Part shown: in pieces, positions 13,201 to 24,800 of the stretch
Position numbering within the stretch: the stretch's first letter is position 1
How the letters are laid out: every line of letters starts with the position of its first letter
Assembly: GCA_002633005.1 (NCBI GenBank)
Contig: NMRA01000558.1
Coordinates: forward strand, 72,441-136,440
Origin: Phoronis australis
Lineage: Eukaryota > Animalia > Phoronida
Length of the DNA stretch: 64,000 bases
Direction: 5' to 3'
The notes under the pieces: model-generated
Seen by the model: only the letters and a program-made list of their open reading frames with translations
Database searches by the model: none
Told to the model about the DNA's origin: nothing
Made by a program: the position numbers and the translations under genes

Positions 13201-16200
13201 TTTTAATCAGAAGGATTAGCTTTTTCGAAACTGAATGCTCGTCCAACACAACTACAAAAACATGTAGCATCAAACTGAATTTGATATGAGTTTTTTAATT
13301 TAATTTATTCTTGGTGGTCCAACAACGTCTAAAATAGCCACCCTAGTGAGTGCTAGCTGCATTTTGGGTACTCACTCAACAGCCACCGTATGCAAGGAGG
13401 TTTCCACGAAAACCCCTCCCACTTTTAAAGAATTGAAAAATTAATAGTATAATAAGTTGAACACAAAAGGGTTGACTGTTACGGAAAGTTTGTATTTAAA
13501 TAATGTCTCTCTACTGACAAAACTAATCCTGTGCTCTAAATTGGTAAATGTGAAGGATTGAGCCACCGGAAAAGTGAAACATTCCACTTATAACATACAA
13601 ATGTACCTGTACCATTAAACCTCATGCGTGAATGAGGGCGCTGCGATCGGCAATACAGGTTGTAGAAAAAGTCTCACTACCTCTTTTGCGAAAGACCACC
13701 TGGGGCTATTTTTGGACGCTGACTTCTGTAAAATGAAGTTCGTCCGAACAAGCCCTCTGAAACTCCTTTGGAAATTTCCAATAACCCTTTCTCTGGGTGT
13801 GTTGTCGGCATTCGATCTCATAGTTGCTTAAAGTTTTGCCATTGTGAGTTGGTGGACGGAATCCGTTTACTTCCTGTTCGAGGCTTTATACACTTTTAAA
13901 GACATGCAATGTTAGTGCGATAATACATTTCAAACGGTTTTAGAATTTAACTGACGTAATAGCTCCTCGTATATTTATGTTTTCTAGTCGCGACTTCGTA
14001 GCGGTACTCCTCTCATCTCCAATGACTGGCCAGCCGGTATTATTCCATACGTTCTTGACAACGCCTTTAGTAAGTGTAACGCGAAGTGAACTGTAGTCGG
14101 TCATACGTTGACGATTAGTGTTAGCTGATATTTCATCAGTATTGTCGATTTACAAAACGAAAGGGCTTCAAGCAAGAGGAGTCCTGCGAATACAGTAGTA
14201 ATAACGGGTAGTTTTATGTCAACGTAAAGTTAATGAATACTATTGTAATCTTGGCATCCCCTGTACTTAACCACAGTCGTCCATTTTAGTTGTTTAATTG
14301 TGCCCCTTGACGGTTTGGCTTCATTGTCGAAGTCGGATAGCTTCCATACAATCACTAAGGCATTTAGGTGTGCTCTCCATTAAACAGGGCGAAAATTGCA
14401 TTGGACTTTTCTAATGGGCTAAAAAATCACACTCGCATGACCAGAATTTTGTCGAAAATTAAGAACTTTTGGTAAGTAATGCAAAAAGTTCATATAATTC
14501 CATCCGACGTAGCGTTAGTGTTTTCTCAGCGGCAAGAGGACTGACGTAACAATTCGCGAGACTGAAGTTTTGACATACGAAGAGTGGGCCAAAATGTGTT
14601 GCAGGTCCGTTAGAAAAATATATCTGAGCATTTATGCGCAAATACTGTACGTTACGTTACCTGTCTATTTTCCAAATCTGACGCTAACGTTTCTGTTCAC
14701 AGAAAGAAAGTTAGGTATCTCTCAATTGTAAAAGGAGTCAGTCGGTGTGTTCAATGTCTGGAAAACTGAATGAATATTCCCTGCTGGAACTACATGTATT
14801 TTATCTATCAGTGAGCAGCTCCACATGTTTTAACCTGATCACAAAACAAACCCTTAGTTGCAACACACTTAAACAACTAAAATTAAATTCACCTTCAATA
14901 CATCAATTTCTCAGTGGTTTAGTACTACGTGCACAAGTGCTTGTACAGTGTAAGCCTACTTTTGACGGTTTCAGATGCTAAGGATAGAGCTACTCTGCAG
15001 AGGGCCTTTGACCATTACCGAAGAGTCACATGTATCAACTGGGTCCCACGGACCAATCAGAGGGATTATGTTGAGTTTGTGAAACCTCCGGGTGGTGGGT
15101 ATGTATGTATTTGACATCCTGATAACAAGGGCGGATATACGCTTTCAGCCCTGGGGGTTCACTGCTCCATAGGTACATGTACCGCTTTTTTGTGCCTGGG
15201 TTGCTTATTGTTGCTTCTTCCGACTCCTCGGAAAAACATGTACCAGTAGATCCACCCCTGGAAAAATGTCGCAAAAGACGCCCACCGACTGCCCCAAAAA
15301 CTGGACGATTTAGGGAAGCATGTTTCCCTTATGCTTTACTGACAGCTGGCAAAACATTACCGTTTGCTTTGTACAGAGCGAATTTGGACGTATACAATGA
15401 CGTTACCAAGAAAATTCTGGGCGGATTAGGGGAACCATATGACTGCGTAATGTAATACGCTAAGGTTTGCTTAGATTATTACTAGGTGTCCAGGGAACGC
15501 TTTGATACTGTGATAGCTACGTACATTGATCCAAGGTTTCCTACCGTTTAGTGGTCAGATGTCCGTGTAGTTTGGAACTCAATCCGATCATTGAAGCTCT
15601 CATACCATCATTGCAGATGTAACAGTGTTCTGGGCCGAGTGGGATCTCGACAAGTAATAAATTTGCATCAGTGGTGCGTTGACTCTTATCCTGTCGTACT
15701 GCACGAGATGATGCACGCGATTGGGTTTGACCATGAGCAGACCAGACCCGACCGTGACAATTACGTGAACATCTATTGGCAGAACATTAAGGAAAGTATG
15801 TATCACCCACTAAAGCAAATATCTACTTATTCTACGCAATACCTACATGTACTAGTAGCCGATCTGGTGTTTGGTCACGGACCCTTTTACTTTTTGTGGA
15901 AAAATTTGTGAACGTTCGGTATTTCCGGATCATTGCCGGATTTCTATGGTAAAATCTTGACAATTGAAAATGGATGTGCGTCGGCGCGATCTCGCTCGCC
16001 AGATAGGCCATGTATGGTGGCTGCCCTCATATACATATACATCATGCAGGCACCCAGGGGGGACTCGGGGAGGGCTCAAACGAGCCCCCATTTGGCGGAG
16101 AGAAACAAAATCACCGGAAAAAGGAAGTACCAAACTTAGGTGAATGCACAAGTCATACACTGTAGCTCTGAAAGTACCTCGTGAATCTTAGTAAAAGGTC

Positions 16201-19200
16201 CAGATTCTCAAAAATTCGAGCACCCCCCCCCATTTTTAGACTGAGCGAGCGCGTACATGTATACATGTAAGTAGCCACCATACGCTGCCCAACTTCCTCG
16301 CATACCAGAAAATTATCTACCGTGTCAAAGCTATTCCCGCAAGAAGCACTTTTCAGCTTTGACATTCCTCACAATGTGAGTATTTACCTGAGACAGATTA
16401 CACGCTGCAATCTGTCTTTACTCATGGTCTGGGGTGGAATTTATTACCCGCTTGTATTTGTGCGATACCACATCAGTTGTCAGGTGTACGTGAGCGTTGT
16501 TTTTAGGCTAAACGGCAGTATTCGGGTGTTTTGTGTTGGCGTATCTGTCGCTATTACGACTAGATTTGGATCCTTAGAATTGAATACAAATGTGCAGTCA
16601 CACCAAATTTTCAAAAACTGCAGGGGCAAGTTAGCACTTGAAATGCTTACAAAATTATATGTTTTGGTGGGCTCGAACAACGGTTGCACCCACGGAATGC
16701 TAAGAAGAATTATTATTGATCAGGTGCTAAGTCAGGTAATAATTTTCGAAGTGCTTACATGTAGTACCTTACAACGGTACGTAAATCTGGCCTAATTATT
16801 ATTACTATATCTAATTTTGACATTTTCATTTTGTTTTCACTGGGTCCAAAACGTCCGCATGACGTTATACTAAAGCGAATTATGCTTTGCGTGACTATTA
16901 AAACTTTCGAGTTAAAGGCGTATTTGCATACCCCTAACTACTAATGTATAACAGGAAATAAACGACAATGCTATTAGAGCATCATCTATGCTAAACAAAG
17001 TGAAGTTGTATTCATTGATAACAAGTAAAAGTGAAAACAAAAAATCCACATGGGTGACCTTTGCACTATTGACGTTCCTTAGGGGCTCACATAGCCCGCA
17101 TCAGGCAGTGTTATTCCCAACGCCATGTCACGATACTTACTGGACACGGTTGAGTAGCTTACGTCGGATCATTTTCGACTCAAATCTTGTTTTTAAAAAC
17201 ATAATAAGGCAGAATGGAACAAAGTGTCATAACAGAGTGCTCAATTCACATCACAGTGCATGACACAAGATCTATCAAGTAAAAGCTACCACTTACTTCA
17301 GCCTGTATGCTTCATCCTTCCTATTGAGTGACATTATATTTTAGCATTGATGGCCTGCCCGAGAATAGTCTCGAACAGTGAATGTCATGATCAAGAGCCA
17401 GCTTGAAATACATGTACATCTATAGCGTTCGCAATCCAACCGTTCTTATAGTTCAGTACCACTCACCACAATAGAAACCATTGCACTCGACCTTTTACTA
17501 AGATGCCATCGGTCACGCGAGCATGCCTTGTTACTAAAATTTAACGAAAAAGAATACGTTAATACGATACGTTAATAGCAAAACAACGTCATCATTAAGG
17601 TTATCAAATTTTATTTCGAGTAATCGGTCAAGACGAGTTCTCAAAAATGTTGTTGCAGTTTTCTAAAATATTTTTGTTTTCGTTTAGTGGAAGATTAGAA
17701 TTTTTCATGGAACTTATTAACCCTAATCTTTTAAAAACAACCTCTTATAGATTCCTTATAGCAATTTGGGGAACAGTGGTGCACAAAGCATAGTATCTGA
17801 AAGTTTCATATCACCCCCACTAAACAATTTCTGAGATATGATGTTCTGAAGTTATCCAAATTTGGATATTTTTCTAGGATCCCACATAACCTTAAATACA
17901 GCCGTCTTTGTCCTAATTGTTCAGATTGTCAACTGGAAATGTCTCCTGGGCTCTGTTTACAGGCGATAAGGGTTTGTTCAATATAAATCAAAGATCGTGG
18001 ACGTATGGCACTCGGTATGATTACTACAGCATCATGCATTATACGGCCTATGCAGGCAGTAAGAATAAGCAGATGACTATGACGCCGAAAGATGGTACCG
18101 ATCCTAACGTGCTAGGCAACGCGAAGGATTTGTCTGCCATCGATATTTACCGAATCAAAGCCATGTACAACTGTGATGGAAATAACGACATGCGTCCAAG
18201 ATACAAAGCAGGTACGGCATGTTAGCTCGTCCATTACATTCATTGTTGGTATTAAGTTGTGGACCGGTGCCAATCATTCTAATGAGAATTAATACAGCCG
18301 GCACCCATCAGTGCTGGCAGTCTTATCGCCCATTTAACATTGAACTCTCCTCTTTTGCAGAGGTAGAAGAATACAATACATGACTGTCATAATTTTCAAA
18401 CTATCAATAAATTGACGAGGGAAGCACAATCAGCCCTAAAATTTGCCGCTTTTGCCAATTCCTTGGTGTCATAATTGTAACTGAAAGGCACATATTTAAG
18501 GTTGCCTGCATTAGAATGTAAATCCAATTTCATAGACTAATATGGAAGTGCAACAGTGATTAGTCCATTGGAAGAAGCAGCAAATATGGTTGCCTCAAGT
18601 GTCGCATTGTAAGTTAAGCCTTTTAATGTGAGTGATGCTAAGTTGTTTTAGGACAGATCTATTACACGATCTTGTTTCCGTCAGCGACTGGTTTTTCAAC
18701 AATGCTTATTAATAAGAGGAAATGATTTTTCTGAAACTTTCATCCCACCAAGTTGGATTCAGGTTACTGAAGTCACTTCGGTTTTGGTTTCACAGAATGA
18801 TTTTTCATACCTACTGATATACAAGCACAACATAGGCCTATCTTCTCTTTATTCATCGCGTTTGCAACCATAATTGAGTTTCGTGACAGATCTACTATTG
18901 TACTGCAGTCCAAGATCAATGTGAAGATGTTGGAATTTGCTGACGGTGTAGCTGTTGACTTCTTCAGATCCAAGTTGTGTTGACAAAGACCCAAACTGCA
19001 ATAAACTGGCACGCTACACGTATCCATCCCAGTGTGAGACTAGCACTAGCTACATGGTGCATAACTGTGGACGATCTTGTCAAGTGTGTGGTACGTACAA
19101 GTAGAAGGCATTATTCTTGCTAAATGCATGCACAAAGAAGAGTCCTGCTTCTTGCAGAGTTCTTGCCAGTTGTTCGGTTTAAAGACGAGGAGAACTTTCG

Positions 19201-19584
19201 TTGCTTCATTACTAGCTCCAAGTGTAAGTCTGATGGAGTTAAACCAGTTTGTCCAAATCAAGCAACAAATGTTTTAGAATTCAAAATATCTATCTAATTT
19301 CCATTGAAATTACTGTAATGTGCCGGGATTTTGCAATCGGTTTGCTGGTTTCAGTTCATTGGTAAACACTTTTTTTCTTTAAAGGTCCAAAAGTTGGATG
19401 TTACCGCGATATGCCAGGAGCGTATTTCGTTCCCAAGCCGACGGCAAAGCACTGTAAGAGATACTGCTATCTGAAAGGCTACAAGTACGCCGGCTTTAAG
19501 GGTGGCAACTCCTGCGGCTGTTCGTCCAAGCTTGGCAGCAAATCATGGTTATGCCGCAACGGCATCGATGTGTATTACGCATAG
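10256..19584 (+). CDS. Astacin-like metalloendopeptidase 1 (signal-pro-astacin-ShK-WSC-like), 363 aa; exons 10256-10330, 10850-10883, 11936-11961, 13988-14069, 14975-15098, 15617-15795, 17963-18211, 18968-19090, 19385-19584
   Basis: All introns are GT-AG and the exons sum to 1092 nt with an open frame. Motifs: signal MFRAHLVAGFLLVVLDVSLA, zinc motif HEMMHAIGFDHEQTRPDRD, Met-turn SIMHY, four astacin Cys, ShK CVDKDPNC...C...CGRSCQVC, and WSC-like GCY...CKRYC..GYKYAG...CGC...C...VY. AATAAA at 19667. Confidence 0.93.
12286..12328. repeat. (GT)n/(GTGC)n microsatellite
   Basis: gtgtgtgtgtgcgtgcgtgcgtgcgtgcgtgcgtgtgtgtgt seen directly. Confidence 0.9.
12660..12943 (-). pseudogene. Probable THAP-domain relic in intron 3 of astacin 1
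   Basis: MPGSYCIPGRKHHDLSNSIGVSFQRFPVEDK resembles the THAP N-terminus (C..PGC...GVSFHRFP.D). The second Cys and the CS.HF motif are degraded. Confidence 0.45.
16043..16253. mobile_element. CATGCGCGCACCCAG-family MITE, 5-bp TSD (tacat)
   Basis: tacat|catgcaggcacccaggg...gggctcaaacgagccc...ctcaaaaattcgagc.ccc...tttttagactgagcgagcgcg|tacat. Collinear with 44728-45014. Confidence 0.65.
16732..16856 (+). repeat. Dispersed repeat, copy 2 (see 7384-7500)
   Basis: Collinear similarity to 7384-7500. Confidence 0.6.
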
Positions 19585-19666
19585 ACACCAGATATCAGGT
19601 GGCACAGTTTTACAACATCCAGATTGTCTACATTCTTGTGTAATATAGAATCGTATGAATTACAAA

Positions 19667-19672
19667 AATAAA
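19667..19672 (+). terminator. Putative polyadenylation signal, astacin 1
   Basis: AATAAA about 83 nt after the stop codon. Confidence 0.6.
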
Positions 19673-21245
19673 GCAAATTATAGACAACCATAGGCATACT
19701 GTTAATTTCTCAGTGCTGCATTTCTTTGGTACATTTTGAAAGAAACTTCAGCCGAGCCAACGGGTAATTATAGTAGGGTTCTGTTTTCGAACGTGGAATG
19801 ATGGCGTAGTACACGTAGTTTAGCTATTCCAGGATTTTCAACCTGCACGATCGAAACAAAAAGGATTATTTTCGTGTTCAAATACATTTGACCAGTAGTG
19901 AGGTAGTATCTCACCATTGACACGAAAGCCTTTTGCCGCACACTGGCCGATTTGTTCCACCGATGAAGCTTTGGAATTGTCATGAAAGTTTCATAGCACA
20001 AAACAATTTGTTTTAATAAGGCCGAACCGTCTGGTGAGCTGTTTGGTAAATCACGCTCTTATCGTTATTTGTATGTTCATTGTAAGCCTGTGGCAACTAA
20101 CGCTATCAGAGTTTTGGCCGCGTTGGTGTTTTCGTGAAAGTGGACAATTTGATGCGAAGACAGTGTTATACGTGTGGACGGAAAGCTTATGTGAGAACGT
20201 TTATTTAAATTGGAGTGTTCAGAGCCTAAAGCTGGTGAAAGTTCTATAATTGCTCTGACTTCCTTTACATTATCTTAGCGACTACTTTCCAGAAATTAGC
20301 AGATACACGATTCCGTAAGTTTTTCCCCAGTGCCGGTTGAGATGAATAAACTGCAACAGCGGACCTGTGCAAAACAAATACTTTCAATTGTAGAAACGGG
20401 GACATATTTTGTTCTTTCATTTGTTTGTTTTAAGTATATACATAATATATGCATGTACTTGTGCTAAAAATATCAGCGAGAGTAAAACTCCCTACATTGT
20501 AGTAGCAAAAAACAATTCATGTGTACATGTATTTTGAGGGAACCTTGGTGTCGCTATAAATTGAAACTGTAATCTACGGAATCTGTAAATCGTTAGCCTA
20601 GTGTGACATGAGTTTAATGCCGAGTGTGATCTGTCTCATACCTCGCACAAAACCTCCCGCAAGTGGTTCGCTGCCGACTGCTGGATTTATCTCGTGAATA
20701 TCCTCGCGCCTTGTCCTGGTCATTAGTGAGAGAGATACTGAAGTTCAAGAATTGAAGACCAGTCTCTGTTACAACGCGAACCTAAACCAGCATGGGGTCG
20801 TTTTGTGGGGTTCAAAATTTGCCGCATTAATTAGACACAGATAAAAACGACCAGGGTTATTTTTGACGTTGTAATGACCGATAAGATCGTATATTTTTTC
20901 GTGGTGTTTAATTTTTTTTGCTACACTAGATATGGCACAATGTTTTTTGTGAAAATGTTCACACATGCAGTGGTCTCTATTATATGCTGTACAGTAGTTT
21001 CATCAACGTTTTCACTGTGCTGCAGGTTTAGTTCTACCAGTCCGTGTACACGGATGTACGCGAAGGAGTCTTATATACAGTGTATGCAAAGATGTGCGAA
21101 TTCACGCAGCTGCATGGGCAGGCGACAGTAATGGGGGTTTAATCCCAGGTAAATACAGTGAGATTGCAATTCCGTGTATTCCAATATCAGGTTGATTATC
21201 GTGAATAGTTGGGGGGCGGGAATCGAGAGGCAGGTCCCCCCCCCC

Positions 21246-21272
21246 NNNNNNNNNNNNNNNNNNNNNNNNNNN
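21246..21272. other. Assembly gap (N run) inside a poly-C tract
   Basis: Run of n flanked by C homopolymers. Confidence 0.95.
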
Positions 21273-21848
21273 GGCCCCCCCCCCCCCCCCCCAATATATT
21301 TCGGTCGCCCGGGTGAAACAGTGACGACCGACATGGACATATGGCCGGGGACAAGGGGCAGTCCAGAGAAGAAAGACGGAACCAATCGTATTGAGGAGAG
21401 AAGTTTTAAGAGAACTAATGTCAACTTCCAATTGCAGATTTCCACATTGGGAGCCCTGGCCAGGACACTTTATTAAAGGAGCCCAGTTTGTTTGTAACAT
21501 AAATCGTGTAAAGCCATTTGGAAACGTGCTTTTTCATAAAAAGCACCAGAAACTATAATGGTTATGCGAATATTTTCAAAGCGAATTGATATTTATTTTC
21601 AGTTCGAAAACATAATTCTTGATAGCATTGAGCAAACTGCATTTCTCCCGGGACCCCTCGCGGGCAAAGTAAGCATATAATGTAATCGCCTGAAGCTCGC
21701 CTTTCCAGGATTCTTTTACCTAAAAGATCGGCAATTATCGAGGGTGTGACACCCCCGTAATTGTTCGGGACTACGATTTCCCGAATATTGCATGCCCTTA
21801 AAATTGATCGCCGTTGGCTAGTGTCATTTGGTGAATTGATAACGCACC

Positions 21849-24800
21849 ATGGTTAACATGCCAATACATTTATACATTGGGTTCTTGTTGATCTCTGCCA
21901 AGATTTGCCTGGCAGTTCCTTTCGATCAGGTATTATTTCTGTTTTGTTCTATTCTGTTTTGTTCATTATTTGGACAGGAATTTGTTCATTTTGCTATATT
22001 AATATACAACAACGTTGTATGAGAATTTAAATTCTCATACAACGTTGTTATTTTAAAAATATAATATTCACACATTGTATCTAATGATATCTTTATTACG
22101 TAAATCAGGTTTACAAGAAAGTGGCAAAAACGCAAATTAGTTAAGGTAAAATGCCACGCGCAGTTTAAACTGGAGTTTTATAATGTTGAATAAAACGAAA
22201 ACAAAAGAAATCAGCAAACATTGTTCTCGTGTCAAGCAATTTGTCAAACGATATTTCTGCGGCTTACTTAGAAGGATTTGAGACGCTTGTGACATGAAAT
22301 ACTACCCCCGGTGAAGAAAATCTTGGAACAGTTTTGGAATTACGCGCAAAAGTTCATCCACCAAAATGTGACCTGGAATTTCCACACCATCACCGATGCA
22401 TGTGTTAACCACTTTCCTATTAGGGGAACTTCGGTATACCGAAGCTTCGCCGAAACTTCGTTTACCTTAACGGAGATATGGAAGTTATCGCTATGACAAC
22501 ACTGGGACGAAGCAGTTCATTCGCACTCTCAAACGGGGGTTCGAGGCTAACTGAAAACTGTTCGCCTGCCTGTTTATTAAAATGATCAGTGTCATTCTTT
22601 ATCAGATATGCTTTTGTAGGCACGTCCATCTATTAAAAGCACTTCGTTTACGCTAACGTAACAAAGAACACGTTTTGCGAGTCTCACGTGGTCGTATACA
22701 GCTGTACATGTATCATTGCAGTGACCTCTACCGATAACTTCGACGAAGCTTCGTTTTTAGTGTTCCCACTACACTGATGCTTCGGTGAGTGCCGAAGCTT
22801 CGCCTTTAAATCCTGCTATTTTAACAGAAGTTTCGCTTGCACATTAGGTGCCGGAGTCAACCTTTCCCACTTACTGAAACTTTGGTAAATGCAAAGTTTC
22901 GCTTCTAAAGGGAAAGCGACTTTGGAAAGCGTGGTTGATCACTTAACATCAATACGTATTTAAGTAATTATTTCATAATAATATTCCAATTTCCATAGCC
23001 CGTCGGTAAGTATTAAATGAATCATCTCATTACAACTGTTTGTGGATAACCTCCATGCAGGTTTCTAACCCACTGTGCAACTCCATGTAAGATACCAGCT
23101 TGTTTCCACAGTCTTCGACAGTCTATGTGACATGTGTGTCACGGTCTTGTAAGAAGTTGAAGAACAATTTCACATGTGACGACCTCAGGGACCGGGATCT
23201 AATCTTTCTATTCGAAATCATATTCAAAATTATTTTGGCATTTTTGTCCTCTACATTTGTGCGAACTCTGTGTCTGTCACTCTTTGCTTGAGTACAATAT
23301 AATTAATGCAAATGCGTTTCTAGTCCAAGTTAACTTGGCATTTGATTATCCCTAGATTCGTGCTAAAAACTCGAGATTTCGATTAGAAATCGAAATTTCA
23401 GGTTCAGTTTCTAACGTAGCTGTATACTAGGACTGCAAAGTTATCTACATTTGAAGAAGAATGCCATCCGAATTAATTAGTCTTTAATTGGTCTAAATCA
23501 ACATCACCTCGTATACTATTGATCTTACCTCGCCGAAAGGTGTCGTGTTAATCCGTGAGGAAGGTGAGTAAACGACGCAGCGGCGTCAGTAGTTCATCTG
23601 CCGAGTGAGTGCCGCTATGGTGTGGTGTGTCGTTCCCGCTAGTGCGAACTATGAAGCTGCGAGGAAAGCGGGCGTCTCGTTTTTTCGGTTTCCTCGAGAG
23701 CCCGAAATGCAGTGAAGAATAAAAAGTGCGCAGTTAATACTATCTCCATGTCTGCGGCCGGCATTTCGTCGACACATTTTACTGACGAATGCCGGCTTAC
23801 CAAACAGCTCATGCCAAGGCAGAAAAAGAGACCAATGAGCAGTCGTCTAAGTCGGGATTGCAAATGGCTATATTGTCGTTTATTTTTGTGCCTTGTGTTT
23901 CAAAATGAATTGTTCTCACCCTAACCAATGCTTATCTAAAACTGAAACGAAGTGTCATAGTCTGTCTCATTAGATAGAATTTTTAATGCCTTTGGAATTA
24001 TCGTGAGTTCAATTGTTTTAATAAACCTGCAATGAACAAATCACAGCGTTACCGGCTTTAGATGCAATAAAGTTAATTGACCGAGCACTGAGGCCGTACT
24101 TTTGTCAGTGAGGGCATGCTAATTCAGTGTTTGCTGACAGAAACCTGTTGTGAAACAATAACATGTATGGTCGGGTTAACGCCCTGGGCGGTTAAATTGG
24201 CGAACCCAAAAAATCGGGGGTGGGTCAGATGTTAGGGGAATCTTTATTTAGATATACATATACATTATTCGAATCATTGTTACTGTACAACTTTTGGCCC
24301 CAACCAGTAAGTCGATTTGCAGTTTCGCAGCTAATTCACCAAAATAATCACGTGCCCGTTATTTTTTGGCCCAGTTGCATATTAGTGTTTTCGTGACTGG
24401 AAGTTTAGTTTCCAACTTTGACTGCTTTATGTTCGTGATGCCTTCAGTCCGGCCGCGACGCCACTAACCGAGATAAAAAGCGTTTTTTGTTTGTTTAGAA
24501 CTGAAAAAGTCACAAGTCTAAAATTACAACACAGCTATGTTCTCCTGTCTGTATTTCACGGAAAAATAATTCTAATTTATCACCGAACAGACCCCAAACT
24601 CCCTCGACCTTGATAAGTTGGGCTACCGAACTTTATAGGCTACGGTACGTTCAAATTCCTATAAATCCGTAAGATCGAAATAAATCTAGTTTTTAACACG
24701 TTTCTTGAAGAACTCAGTGTGTTTGTAAGGGTTTTACATCGAATTTTATTTTGATGATTAATTGGTGTGAAACGGTGAATTCAAGCGATAAGGTGACAGC

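Noticed and set aside
16322-16795. 157-aa ORF in intron 6 of gene 1
   Set aside because: No recognisable motif, overlaps a dispersed repeat, non-ATG start.
20293-20314. ag|AAATTAGCAGATACACGATTCC|gtaagt as exon 2 of gene 2
   Set aside because: It lies upstream of the gene 2 signal-peptide exon (21849), and a clear homologue of gene 3 exon 2 exists at 25667-25703.
22109-22145. 37-nt candidate exon 2 with an in-frame TAA, which would make gene 2 a pseudogene
   Set aside because: No similarity to paralogous exon 2. The donor coincides with a TTAAGG repeat terminus, and the exon at 25667-25703 keeps the frame open.
22999-23005. 7-nt micro-exon candidate (ag|CCCGTCG|gtaagt)
   Set aside because: Frame-compatible as an alternative exon 2, but there is no paralog support and it cannot be distinguished from chance without RNA data.
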